64,000 nt of DNA from an uncultured Candidatus Saccharibacteria bacterium. GTDB taxonomy: Bacteria > Patescibacteriota > Saccharimonadia > Saccharimonadales > AWTP1-31. Position 1 is the stretch's first letter; every line of letters begins with the position of its first letter. Shown here in pieces: positions 28,399 to 38,080 of the stretch. A program made the position numbers and the translations under genes. The notes below the pieces were generated by a model. That model worked only from the letters and a program-made list of their open reading frames with translations, had not been told where the DNA came from and searched no databases. The stretch is from the NCBI GenBank assembly GCA_964643545.1, contig CAZXTE010000003.1:52463-116462 (forward strand), given 5' to 3'.

Positions 28399-29748
28399 AT
28401 GACGAGATTCTATGGAACTGTCGGCGTTGCGAGCCTATTATTAATCAGCACAGTGCTGCCAAATGCAAAGTTGGGCGCTGTACCAGCTGTGTCTTCCGAT
28501 GTTCTGATCTCTGAGATCCAAACAGGATCAGATGCGTCTGCCAGCCAAGAATTTATAGAGCTGGCCAACATCAGCCAGAAGAATATTGATATTTCTGAGT
28601 GGCGCGTGGAGTATTTTTCTGCAAGCCCAAAGAACTTTGATACGCCAACGCGCGTTATGCCGTTGCGGGGTGTCTTGCCTGCTGGGCAGCGGTACCTTCT
28701 TGCAAGTAGCGGATATCTTGTGGGTATCGCCAACGATTCGTTTAGCGCAGGTTTGTCGGCAGCCGGTGGCCATCTAAGAATCATTGTCCCAAACATCGAA
28801 AAACCAACTGAACCGGTGGTTAATGATTTGGTTGGGTGGGGTTCGGCGACGTATCCTCTTGGTGCAGCGGCAGTTGCACCCAAAGTAGGCGTTAGTTTGG
28901 AGCGCAAGACGCTTGACGGTCAGCTGCAAAATACGCAGAGCAATGCGGCAGACTTTCAAGAAGCAACGCCAACTCCGCAGGGATTTGTCGCTTCGGATGA
29001 TACCGAAGACCCACTTCCAATAGAAGATTCGGGCCCGGGAATTACATTGCAGATAACCGAGTTGCTGCCAAACCCTGCAGCGCCTCAGACCGATGCGGCG
29101 GATGAGTACGTCGAACTCTATAACCCAAACTCAATGAGAGTAGAGCTAAGAGGTTATAAGCTACAAACCGGAACAACATACAGCCATACCTACACTTTTA
29201 CCACCCAAGCAATTGAACCCAATGCGTACAGCGCATTTTACATATCAGACACCGGGGTCGTGTTGGCCAATTCGGCCGGCAAGGCAAGATTAGTGGATGC
29301 CTCCGGTGTAATCGTGAGTGAGACTGCCGATTATACTGACGCCCCAGATGGCCAAGCCTGGGCTTGGGATGGTTCGAGCTGGCAGTGGACAACCGAGCCG
29401 TCTCCTAACATGCAAAATACAATTGTGACCCCAGATAAAGCTAATGATACGACTGCATCTGCCAGCGCAACCTCCAAGAAAACGGCAACAGCGAAAAAGC
29501 CAAAAACAGCAGCAAGTTCGAACGCAAAAAAAGTAAAAGCTGCCAGTACAGCAGCAGACGGACAGCAAAAAATAGGCGGCTCTATAGCAGCCGAACCAAA
29601 ACCGGCAACTCGCTCTCTGATTCTTGCGGTTATAGGCGGTCTCGCGGTACTATACGGAGCGTATGAATACCGACAAGACATTAAGAATTACTACCATCGA
29701 CTCATCAGAGACAGAAAAAATGGCAGAACTGCTCGGGCAAAGGCTTAG
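28399..29748 (+). CDS. Membrane-anchored surface protein with two lamin-tail (LTD) domains
   Basis: Signal peptide, LISEIQTG...EFIELANIS...ISEWRVEY and ITELLPNPA...EYVELYNPN...LRGYKL (LTD signatures), a K/A/T-rich linker, and a C-terminal TM helix. Confidence 0.8.
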   Translation: MTRFYGTVGVASLLLISTVLPNAKLGAVPAVSSDVLISEIQTGSDASASQEFIELANISQKNIDISEWRVEYFSASPKNFDTPTRVMPLRGVLPAGQRYLLASSGYLVGIANDSFSAGLSAAGGHLRIIVPNIEKPTEPVVNDLVGWGSATYPLGAAAVAPKVGVSLERKTLDGQLQNTQSNAADFQEATPTPQGFVASDDTEDPLPIEDSGPGITLQITELLPNPAAPQTDAADEYVELYNPNSMRVELRGYKLQTGTTYSHTYTFTTQAIEPNAYSAFYISDTGVVLANSAGKARLVDASGVIVSETADYTDAPDGQAWAWDGSSWQWTTEPSPNMQNTIVTPDKANDTTASASATSKKTATAKKPKTAASSNAKKVKAASTAADGQQKIGGSIAAEPKPATRSLILAVIGGLAVLYGAYEYRQDIKNYYHRLIRDRKNGRTARAKA

Positions 29749-30130
29749 GGGCGGTGAAGTTATTGAGCTTATAAGCGATCTGGGTGGTGGCAAAACGACG
29801 TTTGTACGTGGCTTGGCCAAAGGTTTAGGTTGCAAAGATCGCGTTACGAGCCCGACATTCAAGATAAGTAATGAGTATAAAGGAGAGGCACTTACCCTGT
29901 TGCATTACGACTTCTATCGGCTCACCGAACCAGGCCTCATGAAACACGAATTGGCTGATGTGTTAGGCGATGATGCGGTCGTTATTGCGGTAGAATGGGC
30001 TGGCGTCGTTGATGACGTTTTACCTGCAGAGAGAATTAGTGTCCATATAAAAACAAAAGACGAGCATAGCAGAGATATTTCACTGCATGCCCCCAATGGG
30101 CTCGCATACTCACTCGGAGGTCTGGTGTAA
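29663..30130 (+). CDS. tsaE: tRNA t6A biosynthesis ATPase TsaE
   Basis: P-loop GDLGGGKTTFVRGLAKGLG, SPTF and YHYDFYRL. Overlaps the LTD gene by 86 nt if ATG 29663 is used. Confidence 0.85.
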   Translation: MNTDKTLRITTIDSSETEKMAELLGQRLRGGEVIELISDLGGGKTTFVRGLAKGLGCKDRVTSPTFKISNEYKGEALTLLHYDFYRLTEPGLMKHELADVLGDDAVVIAVEWAGVVDDVLPAERISVHIKTKDEHSRDISLHAPNGLAYSLGGLV

Positions 30131-30525
30131 TGACGATCCTTACCCTCAGGACAGAAAAACCAGAAGCAGAACTTGCTCTCTTAGACGGTCAAACAGTTTT
30201 GGAACATGTTTCTTGGCAGGCTCACCGCCAATTATCCGAAACGCTACACAACAGAATAAATGATCTTCTCCAACACAATAATAAAGACTGGAGAGATATA
30301 GATGGGATTGTTTGTTACGAGGGGCCAGGCAGCTTTACTGGCTTACGCATAGGCTGCAGTGTTGCCAATGCATTATCGCTTAGTCTGGGTATCCCCGTTG
30401 TAGGTACGACGGGTGACAACTGGATAGTGGAGGGCGCTCAGCAGATCGAGCTGGGGAAAGTGGGCCAGAAACCAATTATCCCCGAGTACGGAGCTCCGGT
30501 TCACATTACACAGCAGCGTAAGTAA
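30130..30525 (+). CDS. tsaB: tRNA t6A biosynthesis protein TsaB (short form)
   Basis: ATGA overlap with tsaE. GPGSFTGLRIG motif. Confidence 0.8.
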   Translation: MTILTLRTEKPEAELALLDGQTVLEHVSWQAHRQLSETLHNRINDLLQHNNKDWRDIDGIVCYEGPGSFTGLRIGCSVANALSLSLGIPVVGTTGDNWIVEGAQQIELGKVGQKPIIPEYGAPVHITQQRK

Positions 30526-30678
30526 ATTTGTTATTTTGCCTCCCCAAAGGTATTATTAGATTGGATTTTCGCAGTTTTGGGAGCAAAGTCCGAAACATTT
30601 TTATTTGATTATTCAGAGATTGTTTGGCTAATGAAGTGATAGTGATTGCCACACGTGATCTGAGAAGAGGAGACAAGT

Positions 30679-32193
30679 ATGGAACCAATAACTATTATTT
30701 TGGCTTTGATTGGTGTTGGCGCTGGTTTTGGTGCCAGCACCGCAGTAACCAAGCGTAAACTTGGAACAGCACAAGATGCCGTCGAGAAAGAACTAAAAAA
30801 AGCAAAGAGAGAAGCAGAAAAGCAGGTTGCCGATGCCCGTGAAGAAGCGCTGAAAGTTGCAGAAAATGCACGCAAAGAGGAACAGACAAGGCGCAAAGAA
30901 TTAAAAGACATCGAACAGCGCTTGTTGGATAGGGAAGAAGCACTCGATAAAAAACTAGATCAGCTAGACAAACGTGGTGAGTCACTTCGCAAAGGCGAGG
31001 ATGAGGTAGAAGCGCTCAAAGATGAAATCCGAACTATCCGAACCAAGCAGCAAGACAAACTTGAGAAGATAGCTAAACTTACCAAGCAAGATGCAGCAGA
31101 GAAGCTTATGGCGATGACCGAACGCGACATCCGTAATGATTTAACAGGTCTCATAACTAAGCTACAAAATGAAGCAAAAGAAAATGCCGAAGAAAAAGCG
31201 GCCGTTGTTATCGTGAGCGCTATGGAGCGAATGGCCAGTGAAGTGACTGCGGAACGCACAGTGACTGCAATGAAATTGAGCGACGAAGAGATGAAGGGAA
31301 GAATCATCGGAAAAGAAGGCCGTAACATTCAGGCCCTGCAACGAGCAACGGGCGTCGACATTATGGTAGACGACACTCCAGGAATGATTATCTTTAGCTC
31401 ATTCGACCCAGTACGCCGCGAGGTTGCCAGGCAGACACTTGAGATGCTTATGAAAGATGGCCGCATCCATCCAGGACGCATCGAAGAAGTTGTCGAGAAA
31501 GCCCAAAAGAATGTGCAAAAAGATGTCATGCATGCGGCCGAAGATGCGGCTAGAGAAGTCGGTGTCATTGGTATTCCAAAAGAAGTCTTACAGCTACTTG
31601 GTGAGCTAAAATACCGAACCAGTTATGGCCAGAATGTACTAAAACACTCTACCGAGATGGCGCATATGGCAGGTATTATGGCAGAGGAATTAGGCGCAGA
31701 TGTTCGCATAACCAAGTACGCAGCGTTGGTGCACGATCTTGGCAAAGCGCTAACACACAAGATGGAAGGCAAGCACCACCACATTAGTGGAGAGATGCTT
31801 CGCAAATATGGAGCTCCAGAAGAGGTTGCTGTTGCAGCAGAACAACACCACGATGATGTTGAGGCAACAACCGTCGAAGCACTTATTGTTCGCGTTGTCG
31901 ATGCTATTAGTGCTTCGCGCCCAGGTGCACGAAACATAAGTGCCGAGAACTTTGCAGAACGCATGAAAGATCTAGAGAACGTTGCTAATAGCTTCCCCGG
32001 TATTGATAAGTCCTACGCAATTAGTGCTGGTCGTGAAGTCAGAGTGTTCGTTAAGCCAAACCAGATAGACGATCTTAGCGCGATTAAACTGGCACGAGAC
32101 ATAGCTACAAAAATCGAGTCGAGCATGCAATATCCCGGGACTATTAAGGTCAACGTGATCCGCGAAACTCGGGCTATTGAATTTGCAAAATAG
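30679..32193 (+). CDS. rny: Ribonuclease Y
   Basis: N-terminal TM helix, a long E/K coiled coil, a KH domain (GRIIGKEGRNIQAL) and an HD domain (HSTEMAHMAG...VHDLGKA). Confidence 0.96.
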   Translation: MEPITIILALIGVGAGFGASTAVTKRKLGTAQDAVEKELKKAKREAEKQVADAREEALKVAENARKEEQTRRKELKDIEQRLLDREEALDKKLDQLDKRGESLRKGEDEVEALKDEIRTIRTKQQDKLEKIAKLTKQDAAEKLMAMTERDIRNDLTGLITKLQNEAKENAEEKAAVVIVSAMERMASEVTAERTVTAMKLSDEEMKGRIIGKEGRNIQALQRATGVDIMVDDTPGMIIFSSFDPVRREVARQTLEMLMKDGRIHPGRIEEVVEKAQKNVQKDVMHAAEDAAREVGVIGIPKEVLQLLGELKYRTSYGQNVLKHSTEMAHMAGIMAEELGADVRITKYAALVHDLGKALTHKMEGKHHHISGEMLRKYGAPEEVAVAAEQHHDDVEATTVEALIVRVVDAISASRPGARNISAENFAERMKDLENVANSFPGIDKSYAISAGREVRVFVKPNQIDDLSAIKLARDIATKIESSMQYPGTIKVNVIRETRAIEFAK

Positions 32194-32208
32194 TTCTATA
32201 CTGTAGCC

Positions 32209-32397
32209 ATGAGTCAGGTCCAACCTCCAAAAGTTCAAAGCTTTCAGCAGCAGCTTTTTCGGTCGGCATTACTGCTGGTTATAGCTGGTGTCTTCGTCAT
32301 CCTATTTGCAAAAGTATTTGTCGGCGTGATTCTGGCACTTCTTGGAATTATTGCAGGCATTGGTAGCCGGCTGACCAGAAATAAGCCACTCGAATAA
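32209..32397 (+). CDS. Small membrane protein (62 aa)
   Basis: Two hydrophobic helices, tightly packed after rny. Confidence 0.5.
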   Translation: MSQVQPPKVQSFQQQLFRSALLLVIAGVFVILFAKVFVGVILALLGIIAGIGSRLTRNKPLE

Positions 32398-32425
32398 AAG
32401 ACCGAGGATTGCTACAATACGTGTA

Positions 32426-33148
32426 ATGCAAGAATTGCTCCTCAAGAAAATCCGCCTCAGCTGGTACTTTGTCATATTCTTTGTATTCTATGCATTCCTG
32501 GCAGTCCTGTTGCCTCGCCAACAATTCGAAGGTGGTGCACTCACGCTATTTTCGGTTAACTCGTTCCTTTACGGTTTCTATATCTCACCCATTCTCAGTG
32601 CTCAAAAAGGAAGAATTGAAGACCTGCATAAGATTGTTCGCGAGGAAGCCAACGCGCTTTTTGCTATGGTCTTAGCAACGAAGAACTTACCCGAAGAACT
32701 ACGAAACAAACTACAAGAGATGTTCAGAATCTATATACGCAATAATATCAACTATCGTCACGCAGCAGCAGAGAAAGACTACGAATCGCTCATTACCTTT
32801 TGTCTTGACTACAAAGGGCCAGAGAAAAAAGCAGTAGACAGCATGTTAGATAAGTTAGTCGCCAACCAAAAGAATCGCACCATGTTTAGTATGCAGATTG
32901 CAAATAAGGTCTTTAGTAACGAGTGGATGATTATGTTAATGCTGTTTAGCATCACCCTGACATTTATCTTAATACTCGATACCGGCAGCGGTCTGATCTT
33001 GCGTTTTGTGACTGCCCTTTTGTGTACTGGTCTGACAATGCTGCTTGTTATCTTGGTGAAGCTGAGCACCCTAACCCACAAAAAAGCAAAGCAAGTCTGG
33101 CTGCCCCTTCAGAAACTTGCCGACAGTCATTTCTATCGGATAGATTAG
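32426..33148 (+). CDS. Hypothetical membrane protein (possibly DUF4239-like)
   Basis: Two TM helices at the N-terminus and two at the C-terminus flank a soluble helical region. Confidence 0.6.
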   Translation: MQELLLKKIRLSWYFVIFFVFYAFLAVLLPRQQFEGGALTLFSVNSFLYGFYISPILSAQKGRIEDLHKIVREEANALFAMVLATKNLPEELRNKLQEMFRIYIRNNINYRHAAAEKDYESLITFCLDYKGPEKKAVDSMLDKLVANQKNRTMFSMQIANKVFSNEWMIMLMLFSITLTFILILDTGSGLILRFVTALLCTGLTMLLVILVKLSTLTHKKAKQVWLPLQKLADSHFYRID

Positions 33149-33151
33149 TCG

Positions 33152-33790
33152 ATGAAAATTACTAAACTTGTTCATTCTTGTGTCTTGGTAGAGGATGGAG
33201 GTAACGTAGTTTTGTTTGACCCCGGTGTATTTAGTTGGCAGTCCGGCTTGGTTGACGTGGCAGCGTTACCAAAACTCAATTCGGTGGTTGTAACGCACAA
33301 ACACCCAGATCATCTGGGGCCAGAATTTGTCCAGGCACTCGTTATATCTCAGCCAGACGCACAGTGGTTTGCACCAGCCGATGCGCATGCAGACCTGCGG
33401 GCGTTGGGGGTAAAGCTGGTAACGGATAAATCTATTGGCGACGTACAAATTGTCCCGGGCAATCATGCACCGGTAGAGCCATTTGGGGTGCAAGTACAAA
33501 ACTTACTTGTCAATTGGGGCAATAAGCTAACAAACCCGGGCGACACTCACGATATTCAGCAGACCAGAGACCTATTGTTGCTTCCGGTGCAGGCTCCCTG
33601 GGGAACGACTGTAAGAGCCATGGAATTAGCAGCTTCCTTAAAACCAAAGTTTGTTTTGCCAATTCACGATTGGATGTGGAATGAACAGTGGCGCAATATC
33701 TGCTATGATCGTTTTTCCGATGTTTTTTCGTCAGTCGGCATACGGTTCATACGTCCGGTGGACGGGGAAGTAGTCGAGTTAGACGCATGA
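33152..33790 (+). CDS. MBL-fold metallo-hydrolase
   Basis: The VTHKHPDH (HxHxDH) motif. Confidence 0.8.
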   Translation: MKITKLVHSCVLVEDGGNVVLFDPGVFSWQSGLVDVAALPKLNSVVVTHKHPDHLGPEFVQALVISQPDAQWFAPADAHADLRALGVKLVTDKSIGDVQIVPGNHAPVEPFGVQVQNLLVNWGNKLTNPGDTHDIQQTRDLLLLPVQAPWGTTVRAMELAASLKPKFVLPIHDWMWNEQWRNICYDRFSDVFSSVGIRFIRPVDGEVVELDA

Positions 33791-34200
33791 GTAGTGGTAG
33801 CGAGGGAACGGAGACAATAAAAGTTGAAGTCATTGCCGGGGTTGTCATCGAAAAAGACGGCAAGTATGTCTTGGTGCAAGAGTCAATACCAAAGGCCTAC
33901 GGAACGTGGAATCTGCCTGCGGGCAAGGTTGATGAGGGAGAGACTATAGAACAGGCTGCCGTGCGCGAGTGCAAAGAAGAGTGTGGCCTAAACGTTTCGC
34001 TGATAAAACATGTGTTAGTGCTGCATGAAGCCGCAACAGCACCAGTGAAGCATGCATTCTTGACAAAAATTATTGGTGGCGAACTTCAAAAAGAGGAAGG
34101 GCTTCTGGATGTTGGTTGGTTTACGTTAGAAGAGATCAAGAAGCTCCCGCTTAGGAATGCAGCGTATATTCTAGAAGCGATCGAAGCTTCGCGCCATTAA
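33787..34200 (+). CDS. NUDIX hydrolase
   Basis: Nudix box GKVDEGETIEQAAVRECKEECGL. Confidence 0.9.
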   Translation: MSSGSEGTETIKVEVIAGVVIEKDGKYVLVQESIPKAYGTWNLPAGKVDEGETIEQAAVRECKEECGLNVSLIKHVLVLHEAATAPVKHAFLTKIIGGELQKEEGLLDVGWFTLEEIKKLPLRNAAYILEAIEASRH

Positions 34201-34274
34201 CTATACTTTGCCGCCCTTTCCGGATTATATCTTTGCGTACCGAAGTTAAAAGGGTATAATAGCCTGGTTGATGT

Positions 34275-34351
34275 CGGGGTGTGGCGCAGTTGGCTAGCGC
34301 GCCTGGTTTGGGACCAGGAGGTCGGAGGTTCGAGTCCTCTCACCCCGACCA
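34275..34351 (+). tRNA. tRNA-Pro (anticodon UGG), CCA encoded
   Basis: Acceptor CGGGGTG/CACCCCG, anticodon arm CCTGG-TTTGGGA-CCAGG, T loop TTCGAGT. Confidence 0.92.
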
Positions 34352-34389
34352 TTTATTTGGGGGCACAGGTGCCTCCATTTTTATATACT

Positions 34390-35049
34390 ATGAATAGAAA
34401 CATTTTAGATGTATCTGGTAGGTCAGAATTGGTTGGCGCATGTGAGCAAGTGCTAACCAATAGACGTCTTGATCTTGTTGTTGTGCGAAACTGCGTAACT
34501 GTTGTTGAGCTTGATGAAATACATATGCTTCCTGGTAATGATGCTGGAAGCGAACGACTACGCGATATAGTGCCGGAAGTTGACGAGGTAGATGCCCTTG
34601 TAGACGACTACTGGCGGGCTGAGGGGTATTCCGACTATTCAATTGACCCAAAGTTGCGACCATCTTACTATAAATCCAAAGATGACTCCTCGATTCCGCA
34701 TTTAGACGAACTAAGTTTAAAACATGGCTCATACGATGGCATCGCTGCAGGACTATCTATGAGCGTAGCGGGAGGGCAGGAGGCCGCCTCTGCTATGTAT
34801 AGGGCGAAGCGCCCCAAGAAATCGTTCAGAGCCCCAGATGGATATTTTGATAGAGCCCGCTATGAACGAGATTGTAGAAGGGCAAGTGCTATACGTATGT
34901 TTGGTGGAGCAACGATAATCCAGAGGCCGACTGATTTTGTGATCTTCCCACAGCATCCGTATGCAACAATGCACGCAGTAGAGAGTCGCCATGGTCGGTG
35001 GGCAAAGATGCTCGACTACTTTGCCCGAGAGCGCGTTCCATTTGTGTAG
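34390..35049 (+). CDS. Hypothetical protein (219 aa)
   Basis: ORF starts at ATG 34390; the upstream part of the track ORF is the tRNA-Pro gene. No family recognised. Confidence 0.6.
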   Translation: MNRNILDVSGRSELVGACEQVLTNRRLDLVVVRNCVTVVELDEIHMLPGNDAGSERLRDIVPEVDEVDALVDDYWRAEGYSDYSIDPKLRPSYYKSKDDSSIPHLDELSLKHGSYDGIAAGLSMSVAGGQEAASAMYRAKRPKKSFRAPDGYFDRARYERDCRRASAIRMFGGATIIQRPTDFVIFPQHPYATMHAVESRHGRWAKMLDYFARERVPFV

Positions 35050-35076
35050 ATTTTAAAAAGAGTACTCCTTGACTGG

Positions 35077-35745
35077 GTGGTGCAGTTGGCGATGCTGCAC
35101 TATACTAATTGCAACATGCTAGCAACGATCATTGGTTTTATTTTTGGCTGTGCCTATATAGGTTTTGTAGAATATCTGTACAGAAAAAAGCGCATAAATG
35201 CTGAACTGTCTCGAAAAATGATTCACGTTGCACACGGACTCATAATAGTAGCTCTGTCGTTCCATATTAATTACTCAGCAATTATCCTGCTTGAGATGGC
35301 CACCTTGGTCCTCGTGATTTTGGCGCGTCGGTACCGTTGGTTTGGTGACCAGTATTATATGGTTGAACGCCAAAGTTGGGGTGAGCTATTCTTTCCAGCG
35401 GGGATTATCTTTATTGCCTTTTTAGAGCCCATTCACTGGCTTTTTGTTGTCTCTATATTGCATCTTGCTTTGGCTGATTCAGCTGCCGCTCTGGTGGGGA
35501 TTAAGTATGGCAGACGTACAAGTTATAACGTGTTTGGCCAGAAAAAGTCCGTAGCTGGCAGTGCTGCATTCTTTGCGGTATCTGTCCTGATTATGCTGGT
35601 AGCACTGCCGACGCTGCCCGTTGGCATGGGTATTGCTGAAAGCTTCTTCCTGGTACCATTGGTTGCAACAATTGCAGAGAACGTTGGCGTGTACGGAGTC
35701 GATAATTTCTTGATCCCACTTGCCGTTATGCTGCTACTGCGCTAA
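35077..35745 (+). CDS. Polyprenol/dolichol kinase-like membrane protein (CTP_transf_1 superfamily)
   Basis: SRKMIHVAHG, ADSAAALVGIKYGR and KSVAGSAAFF motifs. The start is uncertain (35077, 35092 or 35116). Confidence 0.65.
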   Translation: MVQLAMLHYTNCNMLATIIGFIFGCAYIGFVEYLYRKKRINAELSRKMIHVAHGLIIVALSFHINYSAIILLEMATLVLVILARRYRWFGDQYYMVERQSWGELFFPAGIIFIAFLEPIHWLFVVSILHLALADSAAALVGIKYGRRTSYNVFGQKKSVAGSAAFFAVSVLIMLVALPTLPVGMGIAESFFLVPLVATIAENVGVYGVDNFLIPLAVMLLLR

Positions 35746-37603
35746 CGAAAGACTTCTTTTTGCGCCACGAACCGTGGGCGCGTAGTGCGTTAAGAATGAC
35801 TACTACGTCAACAACTTCCTGAACTGCTGCACCGTAGACTGGCTTAAAGCGTCCTGTTGAAAATACAAACATAAGGATCACGCTCAGGAATATACCCGTT
35901 AAGATGCTTTGTTTTGCAATAAAGAAGGTTCGGCGAGCGATAGCGACGCCGTCTGCAACACGTTCGATATTATCCACCATAATAACGATGTCTGCTGACT
36001 CGCTGGCGGCGGTTGAACCGCGTGCGCCGAGTGCTATGCCAACATCTGCGGCGGCAAGTACGGGTGCATCGTTAACACCGTCGCCCACAAATGCAACAGG
36101 GCGATGAACCAAGGACTCAACCGCCTTTAACTTATCGGCCGGTAATGCCTCTGCGGTTACTTGGTCTATGCCAAGCTGTTTTGCAATTTTTGCAGCAGTC
36201 ACTTTATTGTCGCCAGTAACCATGAGCATATGTTTGATGCCCAGTTTTTTCAGCCTCTGCAAAGTAGCTTTGCTGTTTGATCGTAGTTCGTCTTCAAAGG
36301 TTATCGCGCCAGCAAGCACGCCATCGATCGCCACAAATGCAGCGGTTTGGGCAAAAGATGTGGGTTTAAAGCTCTTTGGTATTTCAACGGATTCCTGTTG
36401 CATTAAAGTAAGTCGCCCCACAAAAATCTCTTTCCCACCAATGTGCGCCTTAAGCCCCTTGCCGGATATTTCAATAACATGCTTTGCGCGAGGAGCCTTG
36501 ATGCGTTTTTCTTCTGCATAGTCTACAACTGTTTGTGCGAGGACATGGTTAGAACTTTGTTCCAGGCTCGCAGCTGCAGACACAACCTCGGTACTTGAAA
36601 ATGTGCCAAAGGTTGAGACTTGCTTAACAATTGGTTTCCCCATGGTCAGCGTGCCGGTCTTGTCGAATCCAATCGTCTTTGCAGCGGCAAGCTGCTCTAG
36701 TGCAGATCCGGTTTTTATAATAATTCCGTGCTTGGCTGCACGACTCATTCCAGAAATGAGAGCAATTGGCGCCCCAAGTATTAGTGGGCAGGGTGTTGCC
36801 ACAACTAGAACCTCAAGAAAACGCATGGAATCACCACTAAGCGCCCACGCCCCAAGCGCAATACTAAAGGCTAACAACGTAAAGGGAATGCTATACCGAT
36901 CGGCCATGCGCACGAAGGGGGCTTTACTGGCCTCGGCAGACTTAACAAGTTTAATGATCTGTTCATATTGGCTGTCAGCAGCTGAATGTAATGCCTTTGC
37001 AGTAATCGACCCGTCAAGGTTTATACTACCGCTCAAAACGTCTTGGTTGACCGTTTTGACTACAGGTAAACTTTCGCCGGTAAGGCTAGACTCATCAAAG
37101 TTAGCGGTACCAGTAAGTATAATGGCATCAACCGGTACAACCTCACCTGGCTTTATGAGTATTTTGTCGCCAGCACGCACTTCGGCCACCGGCACATCTA
37201 TTTCTTTTCGGCCACGAAATACATGGGCTTTTGTGGGTGCGCGATTTAGTAGGTCGCTCAGTTCTGCTTTCGCTCGAGTTTCAGCGTAGTCCTCGAGTGC
37301 CTCGCCACCCGTCAGCATGAATACAATGACAATGCCCGCCCAGTACTCGCGGAAAAGGACGGCGCTCACAATTGCAGTTGCTGCCAGGATGTCTACACCG
37401 TAAATCCCCATGCGCAAGTTCTGGATCATCCCCCAGACCAGCGGGATGACGTTAACAAGTGCGCTAAAGATTAGAACAATATGGGCAGCTGATTTATAGC
37501 CGAGCGCATACAGGACAAGGGCGTCTATAATCGTAAACAGCACGAATCCAAATTGGCGATACTCTTTAAAGAATGTTACAAATTTTCTCAAGACGCTCCT
37601 CAT
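35726..37603 (-). CDS. Heavy-metal translocating P-type ATPase (P1B, no N-terminal HMA domain)
   Basis: TGES, the TM6 sequence ATPCPLILG, the phosphorylation site DKTGTLT, and the hinge GDGVNDAP. Confidence 0.93.
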   Translation of the reverse strand: MRSVLRKFVTFFKEYRQFGFVLFTIIDALVLYALGYKSAAHIVLIFSALVNVIPLVWGMIQNLRMGIYGVDILAATAIVSAVLFREYWAGIVIVFMLTGGEALEDYAETRAKAELSDLLNRAPTKAHVFRGRKEIDVPVAEVRAGDKILIKPGEVVPVDAIILTGTANFDESSLTGESLPVVKTVNQDVLSGSINLDGSITAKALHSAADSQYEQIIKLVKSAEASKAPFVRMADRYSIPFTLLAFSIALGAWALSGDSMRFLEVLVVATPCPLILGAPIALISGMSRAAKHGIIIKTGSALEQLAAAKTIGFDKTGTLTMGKPIVKQVSTFGTFSSTEVVSAAASLEQSSNHVLAQTVVDYAEEKRIKAPRAKHVIEISGKGLKAHIGGKEIFVGRLTLMQQESVEIPKSFKPTSFAQTAAFVAIDGVLAGAITFEDELRSNSKATLQRLKKLGIKHMLMVTGDNKVTAAKIAKQLGIDQVTAEALPADKLKAVESLVHRPVAFVGDGVNDAPVLAAADVGIALGARGSTAASESADIVIMVDNIERVADGVAIARRTFFIAKQSILTGIFLSVILMFVFSTGRFKPVYGAAVQEVVDVVVILNALRAHGSWRKKKSFVSAVAA

Positions 37604-37634
37604 TACTATCTATTATAACAGAGATGATCCAGGT

Positions 37635-38063
37635 TTATTTCTTAGAAGGGAAGGTGAAATATTTCTTGCCAGTTTTGTGTGATTCTACATAGGCCGTAAA
37701 ACACCCAAACAGATTCTTTGGCAGCGCGTCCAGATTGTACCACTCCCAACTCTCGAGCTTCTCTGGCTCAAGTACTTCGGGTTCGCCATTGTCCCATTCT
37801 GCGTAGAAGCCGATGTCCACATAGTGTTTCGGGGAGTACTTTAAAAGGTCAGACACACATAGCATCCGCAGATTTTTGATAGTAATGCCGCACTCTTCTT
37901 TTGTCTCGCGTATGGCGGTCTGCTCTAGGGTCTCGCCATATTCTAAGTGACCACCGGGGCCACCATATTCATCAGCACCGTGGCTACCTTTCCGTTTACC
38001 AAGGAGAACTTTGCCTTCTTTGAAGATGAGTACTCCAACCCCAACTTTCGTTTCTCTATCCAT
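37635..38063 (-). CDS. NUDIX hydrolase
   Basis: Nudix box GGHLEYGETLEQTAIRETKEECGI. Confidence 0.9.
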   Translation of the reverse strand: MDRETKVGVGVLIFKEGKVLLGKRKGSHGADEYGGPGGHLEYGETLEQTAIRETKEECGITIKNLRMLCVSDLLKYSPKHYVDIGFYAEWDNGEPEVLEPEKLESWEWYNLDALPKNLFGCFTAYVESHKTGKKYFTFPSKK

Positions 38064-38080
38064 AGTTTCACTGTAGCAGG

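Noticed and set aside
34279-34389. N-terminal extension of ORF 34279..35049
   Set aside because: It is simply the tRNA-Pro gene read as protein. The start was moved to ATG 34390.
36603-37289. 228-aa plus-strand ORF, and similar long antisense ORFs at 36168, 39024, 28410, 15281 and 30960
   Set aside because: All lie entirely inside strongly supported genes on the opposite strand (P-type ATPase, purD, LTD protein, yebC, rny) and have biased, Ser/Ala/Pro/Arg-rich shadow-frame composition.
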